Shown: positions 7,757-15,803 of the stretch, one piece after another
Numbering within the stretch: position 1 is the first letter of the stretch
How the letters are laid out: every line of letters begins with the position of its first letter
Assembly (NCBI GenBank): GCA_001781915.1
Contig: MFMU01000003.1
Span: 1,188 to 57,968, forward strand
DNA: 56,781 nt
DNA from: Candidatus Kaiserbacteria bacterium RIFOXYD1_FULL_47_14
GTDB taxonomy: Bacteria > Patescibacteriota > Minisyncoccia > Phycocordibacterales > Phycocordibacteraceae
Direction: 5' to 3'
The notes under the pieces: model-generated
The model's input: only the letters and a program-made list of their open reading frames with translations
What the model was told of the DNA's origin: nothing
Databases searched by the model: none
Position numbers and translations under genes: made by a program

Positions 7757-8284
7757 TTATTTCATCATCCAAACCGCCCATTTATATCCCTGGAACCCAG
7801 CCCAGTAAATCCCGAGCCAAACTACCATGCTTATCAGGACTGACGGCAAGGTAATCCGGAGGAATGTTACCAGGTATCCTTCTTCTTTCTTACGAATGAG
7901 CAGTGTTACATAATCCGGATCGATGTAGAACCAGCTACCAATCCAGAAGATGAGTCGCTTGCTCATAAGAATTCGCCGTACCAACCGCTTGAACCACTGA
8001 TTTTTCAGAAGCACTGCATGTTCAAGTTGGCGGAATCCTTCTATTCCAATTGGATCCCACCCTTTCTTGATAGCTATATCATTACCAAGAACGACGAGGA
8101 TACAAGCGGCCAGATAGATTGGTGTAACAATGACAAACGCTTTTGTAATGCCATTGATTCCATGTTCTGGGTCCATTGTCAAGAACCAGATAATGAGAGC
8201 ATCGACAAAACGAGTCAAAATAGTAATAACTCTCTCCGAAAGAATGGCGTGTAGGAGAGAGGTGCTCGGCGCACGCTTTTCCAC
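7757..8284 (-). CDS. Hypothetical integral membrane protein (GTG start)
   Basis: Several hydrophobic segments; SD AGGAGG upstream; paralog remnant at 2617-2704. Confidence 0.75.
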   Translation of the reverse strand: MEKRAPSTSLLHAILSERVITILTRFVDALIIWFLTMDPEHGINGITKAFVIVTPIYLAACILVVLGNDIAIKKGWDPIGIEGFRQLEHAVLLKNQWFKRLVRRILMSKRLIFWIGSWFYIDPDYVTLLIRKKEEGYLVTFLRITLPSVLISMVVWLGIYWAGFQGYKWAVWMMK

Positions 8285-8417
8285 GAGGAAACCCTCCTAT
8301 AAACTGTGTTTACAAGGACACTTCTAAACCTAGAATTAACTAGGAGTTGAAAGAACTTTTAACCCGTTTACTATGCTAGCATATTGATGACAGTATGTCA
8401 ATACTCCAGTACAAGGT

Positions 8418-9506
8418 CTAATTACTGGCCCAAATGAAGGAATTTTTCTCTCCGAAGCTCGGTACGAGTACATCGTTTCTGTTGAAGTTCCCGAATATTT
8501 TTTTGAACTTATTCTCGATTATTTTCGCGGCGTCTATATATTTCGGGATTACGGCAGCAGCTCCTGCCTGCGCACTTATCCACCCATTCGGTTTTAATAT
8601 CTCCTTTGACAATCTGAAAATCTCTTCATAAAACTCGCCCATCTTGTTTTTAGCTCCTCGACTACCCATCGGATTATCGGTCAAATCGGAAATAATCCCA
8701 TCCACCTTTTCTCCATTTTTATTTGCATACATCTTTAGATAATTCATAGCATCTCCTATATTGAGAGTTACATTTGGATGAGAGAATACTTTTTGATTTA
8801 GATATTTTTTTGCGAAAAATACTACCTCGGCATCGAGATCAATTATGGTGATTTTCAAATCTGGATTTATTTTCAGCGCCATTTCTGCCACATATCCATC
8901 TCCCCCGCCGAGTATGATGATATTTCTGTCTGTTGGTTTGAGCGGAGCTAGAATTGCTTTGTCATATCGTTCATGATCAAATTCGGAAGTTTGTACTAAT
9001 CCGTCTATAACCAAGCTTTTCCCGAACTTCTTTAGGTCTGCGACAACAATATCTTGAAAAGCAGAATGTATCTCTGCCAATTTTTTTATGACTCTAGTTC
9101 GACTCGTCTCCCCTGTTCTATATATAGGGGATTCTAGATACTCTAGAATATTATATCCGCGTTTAATTTTCTGAATTTGCTTTTTTGTGGACTCAACCGC
9201 TTTCACCAGAAAGTCAGCAGCTTTAAGTGTATTCTCATCATCTGAACAACTGAAAACATCGCAAGCGACATAATTATATTCAGGCCAACTATGAATTGAT
9301 ATGTGAGAAGTTGAAAGAAGTAAAAATCCTGTTATGCCCTGCGGTTTAAATTCATGGAAATGAGTGTGGAGTATCTCCATACTGGCGGCTTGAGCCGCTC
9401 CGATTAAAGTATCATTCCAAAACTTTTTTGAGTTTATCTGATGAGGATCGCAACCTGACAAATCAATTAAAATATGCAATCCTTTTGTCTTTCTTAAATG
9501 ACTCAT
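8418..9506 (-). CDS. speD/speE: Fused pyruvoyl-dependent SAM decarboxylase (SpeD-like) and spermidine synthase (SpeE-like)
   Basis: GLHILIDL, HEFKPQGITGFLLLSTSHISIHSWPEY..ACDVFSC; then LVIDGLVQ, IILGGGDG, IIDLD, IISDLTD. Confidence 0.85.
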   Translation of the reverse strand: MSHLRKTKGLHILIDLSGCDPHQINSKKFWNDTLIGAAQAASMEILHTHFHEFKPQGITGFLLLSTSHISIHSWPEYNYVACDVFSCSDDENTLKAADFLVKAVESTKKQIQKIKRGYNILEYLESPIYRTGETSRTRVIKKLAEIHSAFQDIVVADLKKFGKSLVIDGLVQTSEFDHERYDKAILAPLKPTDRNIIILGGGDGYVAEMALKINPDLKITIIDLDAEVVFFAKKYLNQKVFSHPNVTLNIGDAMNYLKMYANKNGEKVDGIISDLTDNPMGSRGAKNKMGEFYEEIFRLSKEILKPNGWISAQAGAAAVIPKYIDAAKIIENKFKKIFGNFNRNDVLVPSFGEKNSFIWASN

Positions 9507-9931
9507 AAAATGGGCTTGGTGCTGGTAGCTATTGGTTTTATTACTTCTACTTGAAAATCTTTAGGATTTGTACAGGACTCATTATCTTGTATCGTATCTT
9601 CTGAACAAAATATAATTTTGCATCCTTTTTCATCAGAGTTGCAAATGAGCGGTTTGCATTCTTCTAGAGCTCCGTTACAAACTGAGATGTTAGAGGCCTT
9701 TTTTATTATTTTTGCATAATAATCTGTTCCGCATTCCCCCGCATCGCAGGATACAAAACAACTTTCCGTCTGAGGGTCGCATTCAGTAGTGCTATTTACG
9801 ATAAAATCACGCTCTATAAAAAAGACCTGATAGTCCCAATATGCCGCAACAGCAAAGATACCTATAAAACCAAAAATAAGATATTTAGATTTCTTGTCCA
9901 TATGCATATTATAACCTATTTGTGAAGACAC
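9503..9931 (-). CDS. Membrane-anchored Cys-rich hypothetical protein
   Basis: N-terminal TM helix followed by a Cys-rich ectodomain (CDPQTESCF). Confidence 0.65.
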   Translation of the reverse strand: MSSQIGYNMHMDKKSKYLIFGFIGIFAVAAYWDYQVFFIERDFIVNSTTECDPQTESCFVSCDAGECGTDYYAKIIKKASNISVCNGALEECKPLICNSDEKGCKIIFCSEDTIQDNESCTNPKDFQVEVIKPIATSTKPIL

Positions 9932-10044
9932 TAACTTAAACTAAGTTTTGATCCTGTATTCGACCCTTCATACCACCTGTATCTACTATAGCACACCTCT
10001 CCAAAAATTGCAAGCCCTACGCGAAATGCCTTTGGGTTTGATTC

Positions 10045-10120
10045 TGGAGCCGTCGGACAGGATTGAACTGTCGACCTCGTGCTTACCATGCACGTGCTCT
10101 ACCAACTGAGCTACAACGGC
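10045..10120 (-). tRNA. tRNA-Thr(GGT)
   Basis: Cloverleaf GCCGTTG...CGTGC ATGGTAA GCACG...GTTCAATC...CGACGGCT CCA. Confidence 0.93.
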
Positions 10121-10171
10121 AATTTCTTATCGCACTTCTGCATACTAGCGAACTTTCTCCTTTCTTTCAAT

Positions 10172-10504
10172 TTACGAATACAACAAAATACCGACGACAA
10201 CGACACTGTTAAAGAGAATCATAAACGCATTTGCGAATAATATATGGATGTCTTTATGGAGTAAGCCATATATCGTCCACAGTATGTTGAGCAGAATAAA
10301 GAGAGACCAAGTAAGCAGCGAGAGGCCTGCGCTATTTTTTGTTGTATAGATTTCCAGAATCTGCGGCAGGAGTACGATCGGAGCGAAGATGCCGACGCCA
10401 TACATAAGATAATCAAAATAGCGCTTCCAGATGCCAACAGCAGGAAAGGGCTCGAGACCTTTCATAATACGCGCACGCTTGCGCAGATGATGAAAACCAA
10501 GCAT
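10172..10504 (-). CDS. SemiSWEET / PQ-loop family transporter
   Basis: LLPQILEIYTTKNSAGLSLLTW motif; three TM helices. Confidence 0.8.
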   Translation of the reverse strand: MLGFHHLRKRARIMKGLEPFPAVGIWKRYFDYLMYGVGIFAPIVLLPQILEIYTTKNSAGLSLLTWSLFILLNILWTIYGLLHKDIHILFANAFMILFNSVVVVGILLYS

Positions 10505-10518
10505 GCTATAGTTATAGC

Positions 10519-10872
10519 ATGGAAGGTCTCACTAATTATGAAAATGAGGAGCGTCCGTGGGGAAAATTCGAACGCTTTACGCTGAATGAACAGACGACGG
10601 TAAAAATAATGACGCTTACTGCCGGCGAAGAATTAAGTTTGCAGACCCACGAGCATCGCGACGAATTCGGGCGCGTTCTTAAGGGTTTCGGCACAGTCAG
10701 CATCGGAGATAAGGAAACTGAAGTGCGCGATGGCGACGCGTTTTTCATTCCACGGAATACTGCGCATCGCGCGATCGCTGATTCCGCAGGGCTCGTCTAT
10801 CTCGAAATAGCATTCGGCGACTTTGACGAAAATGACATAACGCGTCTCGAGGATAAGTACGAGCGCGTGTAA
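10519..10872 (+). CDS. Mannose-6-phosphate isomerase type II C-terminal cupin
   Basis: ERPWGKF, LSLQTHEHRDE, EIAFGDFDENDITRLEDKY. Confidence 0.85.
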   Translation: MEGLTNYENEERPWGKFERFTLNEQTTVKIMTLTAGEELSLQTHEHRDEFGRVLKGFGTVSIGDKETEVRDGDAFFIPRNTAHRAIADSAGLVYLEIAFGDFDENDITRLEDKYERV

Positions 10873-10942
10873 GAAATAAATAGGAAATAAAAAAACCCCG
10901 CGCTTATGAAAGCGCGGGATCATCGAAAAGAGGACAGAAAAT

Positions 10943-11443
10943 TCAGACCTCGCGAACGGCGAGAAAATCTGTGAAAACAGCCCATTCGCGTTCCCATGAT
11001 GAGATGCCGAGATTCCAGAAGGAAACGCATTCGCCCATACAGGGAACAAAGCGTTCCCATCCGATAACGGCGATCGACCCGAGGCTGACCACACAGCGTT
11101 TGCTGTGGCATCCTTCCGGTTTGAAAGTTCCGAGAGCGAACATATGCTCGACCTCGGCAGGTCGCCACGGCACTCCCCCATTCACACGCTCAATTCCTTT
11201 GAGCGCTATGGTTGACGACATTGGGAAACGCCATTTAAAATACCTACCCTCGAAACAAATGATCCCGTTCCTTCCCTTTCTGTTGATCGGGAAATGTTCC
11301 TCCGTAATACGCTCGTTCTGAAACAGAACATACTGACTGGAGGATTTCATCATCTCGAACGACTTACTGTAGTCGACCGAGAAATGGAAAATTTCGGGAG
11401 CAGCAACTTTCCTGACCTGCGGCATTTCCGTTGTCTCTCTCAT
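10943..11443 (-). CDS. Hypothetical protein
   Basis: 166-aa ORF with a purine-rich RBS-like leader and a downstream hairpin at about 10897-10918. Confidence 0.55.
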   Translation of the reverse strand: MRETTEMPQVRKVAAPEIFHFSVDYSKSFEMMKSSSQYVLFQNERITEEHFPINRKGRNGIICFEGRYFKWRFPMSSTIALKGIERVNGGVPWRPAEVEHMFALGTFKPEGCHSKRCVVSLGSIAVIGWERFVPCMGECVSFWNLGISSWEREWAVFTDFLAVREV

Positions 11444-11550
11444 CCGAGACCTCTCTTCTTTTGTTTTTTCAATAACCGCACATAACTTTTATGCGCGGGG
11501 TACAAATTTTCTGATTTCTATCATACACGACACACTTTATTTGTCAAATG

Positions 11551-11625
11551 CGCGGTCGATGGGATTTGAACCCACGTTCTTCGCCGTGACAGGGCGACGC
11601 TTTTGACCAGCTAAGCTACGACCGC
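11551..11625 (-). tRNA. tRNA-Asp(GTC)
   Basis: GCGGTCG TAGCTTAGCTGGTCAAAAGCG TCGCC CTGTCAC GGCGA ... GTTCAAATC ... CGACCGC G; no encoded CCA. Confidence 0.92.
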
Positions 11626-12296
11626 ATTTTCGCAAATTCTCTAAATCTCTTCCTCTTCTTTTCAAGAAAAAGACCTTCGGGAACAGGAACCTTATGATTA
11701 TACATAAAATCACCAAGTTTCAAAGAATTATTGACGCTGTAGGTGAGACGATAATAGTTCCCTTTTCCTTTTGAGAGAACTCCTTTGTGTATATTAAACA
11801 TCTCCAATTGTTCTCGTATCGCACTTAAAAATTCATAAGAACATGAGGTGAATACCGTTCGAATGGTGAACAATCTTGATTTTCTATCTTTGTGCACATA
11901 CCCGAGCCAAACATTCCCATCTCCATCAAAATAACCCCTTACAAAATGCGAAAAATACTTTTTTGGAACATGAGGAATTACAAGACTCTTCGTTTTATTG
12001 GGCGTAAATCCTAAGTGGAGAAGATCATTGCACATTTCTTTGCTTCCTATTTGCAAACGATACATTGTTTGTTCATTTATTTTTCTTCTGCTCCTCACAC
12101 TTATTTTGTGCTCGGACTGGATAGCTTTTTTGATTCCTTCAAGAATATTTTTATCCGTTATTTGAATGTTCCAAAAATGGGCGCCTCTTTTATTGAGAGT
12201 CATATACCCATCTGCTGCAAAAAATCCAAGAATATAGGCCATTTCAGAAGTCCATTTCTTGAAGAAATCTTTATTTATCGCGCGATACATCGGCAT
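11616..12296 (-). CDS. LAGLIDADG-family homing endonuclease-like protein (two motifs)
   Basis: MAYILGFFAADG and HFVRGYFDGDG; stop codon falls inside tRNA-Asp. Confidence 0.85.
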   Translation of the reverse strand: MPMYRAINKDFFKKWTSEMAYILGFFAADGYMTLNKRGAHFWNIQITDKNILEGIKKAIQSEHKISVRSRRKINEQTMYRLQIGSKEMCNDLLHLGFTPNKTKSLVIPHVPKKYFSHFVRGYFDGDGNVWLGYVHKDRKSRLFTIRTVFTSCSYEFLSAIREQLEMFNIHKGVLSKGKGNYYRLTYSVNNSLKLGDFMYNHKVPVPEGLFLEKKRKRFREFAKMRS

Positions 12297-12372
12297 ACTA
12301 ATAGTATACCTCGTGACAGTGCATTATATTAACCAACTTATACACAGAAAAAAGTTGGAAGAAAGTGAGTTG

Positions 12373-12446
12373 TGCTGGCGGAAGGACTTGCACCTTCGAC
12401 CTTGGGTTTATGAGTCCCATGCTCTAACTACCTGAGCTACGCCAGC
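12373..12446 (-). tRNA. tRNA-Met or Ile2 (CAT), elongator type
   Basis: Fully paired acceptor GCTGGCG/CGCCAGC; anticodon loop CTCATAA; atypical T-loop TGCAAGT. Confidence 0.85.
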
Positions 12447-12447
12447 A

Positions 12448-12478
12448 GTGCCCTTCGAAGCTTTACGCGAAGTAGGGC
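12448..12478 (-). repeat. 31-bp hairpin repeat just 5' of tRNA-Met
   Basis: rc gccctacttcgcgtaaagcttcgaagggcac; 29/31 identical to 27464-27494. Confidence 0.85.
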
Positions 12479-12504
12479 AATACAAAAACACTACCACAAA
12501 CGCG

Positions 12505-14289
12505 CTAATTCGTGCGAATAAATCCGCCTGCCTGAATCTCCCAGAGTTTCTTATAGAGATTGCTCTCGTGCGCGAGCAGTTCCTCGTGCGTACCCGAGAG
12601 AACGACCGAACCCTTCTCCATCACAATGAGTCGGTCCATATGCATCACCGTCGAGAGACGGTGTGCAATAGCGATGACCGTCTTCCCTTCCATAAGTCGC
12701 GCGAGCGATTCCTGGATGAATTGTTCAGATTCAGAATCAAGCGAGGAGGTCGCTTCGTCCAAGACGAGTATCGGTGCATCTTTTAGAATGGCGCGCGCAA
12801 TCGCCACCCTCTGGCGTTCGCCACCCGAGAGCTTCACTCCGCGTTCGCCGACCATTGTAGAGAATCCCTCTGGATACTTACTGATGAATTCATAGCAGTG
12901 CGCCTGTTTCGCCGCTTCGATAACTTCTTCATCAGTCGCATCGTTCTTGCCGTAACGGATATTATCGAGGAGCGAACGATGGAAGAGCATCGGCTCTTGC
13001 GAGACGAATGCAATCGAAGCACGCAAGCTCTCCTGGGTTACTTGAGCGATATTCTGACCGTCAATCGTAATGGCGCCTCCAGTAACATCATAAAGACGGA
13101 GCAAGAGCTTCGCTATGGTCGTCTTTCCTGCTCCTGAAGAGCCGATGAGCGCCACTTTCTCGTGCGGTGCGACCGCGAGCGTGAAGTTATTGAGAACTGC
13201 TTGGCTGTCGTGATATTCGAATCGTACATTCTCGAAAATAATCGCGCCTTCGGTTACGCGAAGTTTTTTTGCATCTGGCGCGTCTTGAATCGCCTGCGGT
13301 AATTCGAGAATATCGAGCATCTCGGTCGCATCGGCAAAGGCGTCATAGAGCTGGCGCATATTACGGCCGATGCCCCAAATGCGGTCCATAAGGCCGAGAA
13401 TATAGACCTGAATAAGCACGAAATCACCAACCGTCACGAGACCGCGTTGCCAGAGCAGTACCGCGCCAGCGAGAAGCGCCAGTTCTATACCAAGAGCAAA
13501 AAGCCCTTGTACGCCATAGATCCATATTTCAACATCCCATACGCGCCGCGTTGCATCGTACCAACGAGTGATTGTTTCTTTAAATCGAGAATTCTCATAT
13601 TGAACGGCAGCGAAGGTGGTTATCGCTGAATGATTCAGCACGGTATCAGAAAGATATCCGGTTACATTGCTGTCTTCTTCGGTACGCGTTGCGCGCAATG
13701 GCTGAAGCGCATGCATCATCCTGAATTGCAGATAGACAAACGCCACCGTCCATACGAGAAGTCCTGCACCGAGCAGTATGCTGCGCGTCGACAAAACGCC
13801 GATAATACCGATGGCGAAGAGGAATGCTGAAAAGAAATTGAAAAGAATGTTATCAAACACCTGTTCAAAGGAGCGCGCGTAGCGCGTCACACGGCGCGTG
13901 AGCGTGCCGGTAAAATTGGAAATGAAAAATTCGTGTGCGTGGCCGAGCAGATAGGTAAAAGCATTCTGATACAGATCAGTCATCACTCTTGATTCAAGCC
14001 GAAGCACGCCGAACATCATGACTCGACGGCCAATCCAAGCCACGAAATGTATCACCGCATACATCGCGAGAACAAAAAAGAGCGCCTGCACGACAACAGA
14101 AGTTGGCGTGCCTCCCGAAAGAATATTGATGAACTGACGCAAGTAGAGCGGCGAAATAACTCCCGCCACTTCAATAAGTATTCCTGCGGCAATTGAACTG
14201 CCCAAGAGCCATGGATACGCGAAAGCCGCCGTGCCATACGCACGGAGCACCGGTAACACCCGCGTTGGTTTCTTCTGAATCGGAGGCAT
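12505..14289 (-). CDS. ABC exporter, fused permease and ATPase
   Basis: TM domain; Walker A GSSGAGKT; signature LSGGERQR; Walker B LVLDEATS. Confidence 0.93.
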   Translation of the reverse strand: MPPIQKKPTRVLPVLRAYGTAAFAYPWLLGSSIAAGILIEVAGVISPLYLRQFINILSGGTPTSVVVQALFFVLAMYAVIHFVAWIGRRVMMFGVLRLESRVMTDLYQNAFTYLLGHAHEFFISNFTGTLTRRVTRYARSFEQVFDNILFNFFSAFLFAIGIIGVLSTRSILLGAGLLVWTVAFVYLQFRMMHALQPLRATRTEEDSNVTGYLSDTVLNHSAITTFAAVQYENSRFKETITRWYDATRRVWDVEIWIYGVQGLFALGIELALLAGAVLLWQRGLVTVGDFVLIQVYILGLMDRIWGIGRNMRQLYDAFADATEMLDILELPQAIQDAPDAKKLRVTEGAIIFENVRFEYHDSQAVLNNFTLAVAPHEKVALIGSSGAGKTTIAKLLLRLYDVTGGAITIDGQNIAQVTQESLRASIAFVSQEPMLFHRSLLDNIRYGKNDATDEEVIEAAKQAHCYEFISKYPEGFSTMVGERGVKLSGGERQRVAIARAILKDAPILVLDEATSSLDSESEQFIQESLARLMEGKTVIAIAHRLSTVMHMDRLIVMEKGSVVLSGTHEELLAHESNLYKKLWEIQAGGFIRTN

Positions 14290-14307
14290 GCGAATTATTA
14301 TACCACT

Positions 14308-14619
14308 TTATGCTGTCTGCGACAATTGGAGAATACTATTAAAATCGTCATCTTTCGAGGTTTTGTTTTTCCTCTCAAAACCGCACGCGACACAGCGATG
14401 GAGGATGGTATATTCCCCGCCGTCGAATTCAACGCCGACTGGTTCCATCGCGCCGCCGCAGACGGCGGCGCGATCGCCCGGATTCACATCAACATGCTTG
14501 CTCCAGAGGCATTTCGGGCAATGGTTAGTGTAGCCATTCCCCAGCACGAAGAACCCGCACCGCTCGCAGGTAAAGTCCTCGCTCGTTCTTTGGAATTTCT
14601 TTGTCGGGGCCATATCCAC
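14308..14619 (-). CDS. RNHCP domain protein
   Basis: FTCERCG, YTNHCPKCLWSKHVD.NPGDRAA.CGG.MEP, HRCVACG. Confidence 0.85.
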   Translation of the reverse strand: MDMAPTKKFQRTSEDFTCERCGFFVLGNGYTNHCPKCLWSKHVDVNPGDRAAVCGGAMEPVGVEFDGGEYTILHRCVACGFERKNKTSKDDDFNSILQLSQTA

Positions 14620-14674
14620 AGTGTCTCATTATGTTGACTTTCTAGTCATGGGGGTATAAGATTCATCTGTATTT

Positions 14675-15208
14675 CTATCGAAGAGTACCTCCGTGGGTTC
14701 CGTCCCTCGGCGGTGCTTTTCTTTTATACTCAAGCTTTGTTCGCAAATTGTCCATAAAACGGATCTTCTCCCGTGATGTTTGTCGCAAAAGGAACGAGCA
14801 ATTTTCGTAATCTGGACTCAACACTGTTTCTAGTTTTCCACTGTTATAGAGATGCTGTGCCAGGGAATAGAAATCCCCATCGCTTGAAACGATAATTGCG
14901 CGGTCGTATTCACTTATTTCAAGAACGGCGCGTAGAACGAGATCGGCATCAACATTCCCTTTTATCTTGCCATCACCATCAGGAATCACTGACTTGAAGA
15001 CGAGAACAAATCCTGCTTCTTGCAGGTTGTCGTATAATTTCTGGTTCAACGGCGAGAAGCCGATAAACATATATGCCTTTTGAACGCCATACTTCTCCGC
15101 GAGATAGACGCGGAATTTCCTGTAGTCCAACTTCCAACCCAGCTTCTGGATGCCGAGATTTAGGTTTTGACTGTCTATAAACGCGTAATTATTTTCTTTC
15201 TTTTTCAT
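14675..15208 (-). CDS. NYN domain (PIN-like) protein
   Basis: FIDSQNL, KGNVDADL, VSSDGDF. Confidence 0.88.
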   Translation of the reverse strand: MKKKENNYAFIDSQNLNLGIQKLGWKLDYRKFRVYLAEKYGVQKAYMFIGFSPLNQKLYDNLQEAGFVLVFKSVIPDGDGKIKGNVDADLVLRAVLEISEYDRAIIVSSDGDFYSLAQHLYNSGKLETVLSPDYENCSFLLRQTSREKIRFMDNLRTKLEYKRKAPPRDGTHGGTLR

Positions 15209-15354
15209 ACTTTTTCATACTTTCTTCGATGTCTATTCTACCTTAAAATCTTCATTGAATTTTTTGTTGAGGCCATCTCTTTAGCTAGTATACAAAACAA
15301 CCCCGCACACTGAAGTGCGGGGCGTTCCGTAAGATGACATCTTACGGAAAATAA

Positions 15355-15696
15355 TTAGCTGCAATAAACAGCACCCAGAGTACCGACCTTCCCGCCATGC
15401 GCGGGATAAGCTTCAATGTGCCAGCCGTCGCAATCAGCGTACCGGGTCGCCTGCACGATCCAGCGGAAACCCTCTTTGTCGGGAATAACCTGGGAAACTC
15501 GCATTCTGAAAGCTTCTGTTCGCCATGTGCGGGCAAGCAATTGAAAAAAGTTACCGAGTTCGAGTTCAACTCTTGGTTCACCTTCTCCGATTTCATCGAA
15601 AAAGTTCTTTTTGAAAAAGTCACCCAGATACTCGATGGGTACATCGAACTTTTCCTTAAGGAACAGCAAGAACTTTTTCTCTTGTTCTTTGTTCAT
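15355..15696 (-). CDS. Hypothetical protein
   Basis: 113-aa ORF preceded by gaaggaag; hairpin terminator at about 15301-15322. Confidence 0.5.
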   Translation of the reverse strand: MNKEQEKKFLLFLKEKFDVPIEYLGDFFKKNFFDEIGEGEPRVELELGNFFQLLARTWRTEAFRMRVSQVIPDKEGFRWIVQATRYADCDGWHIEAYPAHGGKVGTLGAVYCS

Positions 15697-15803
15697 GACT
15701 GACTTCCTTCAAATTAAAGATCATGTTAGACAGTTTTCTTTTTCTAATATACCAAATGATACTGTCCTGTCAACCGCTGAAATTTCTTTGATATACTGAA
15801 TCT

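Noticed and set aside
12505..14289. ABC exporter as the RiPP transporter
   Set aside because: It lies about 5 kb away beyond tRNAs, has core-genome-like composition and has no C39 peptidase domain; no evidence of linkage.
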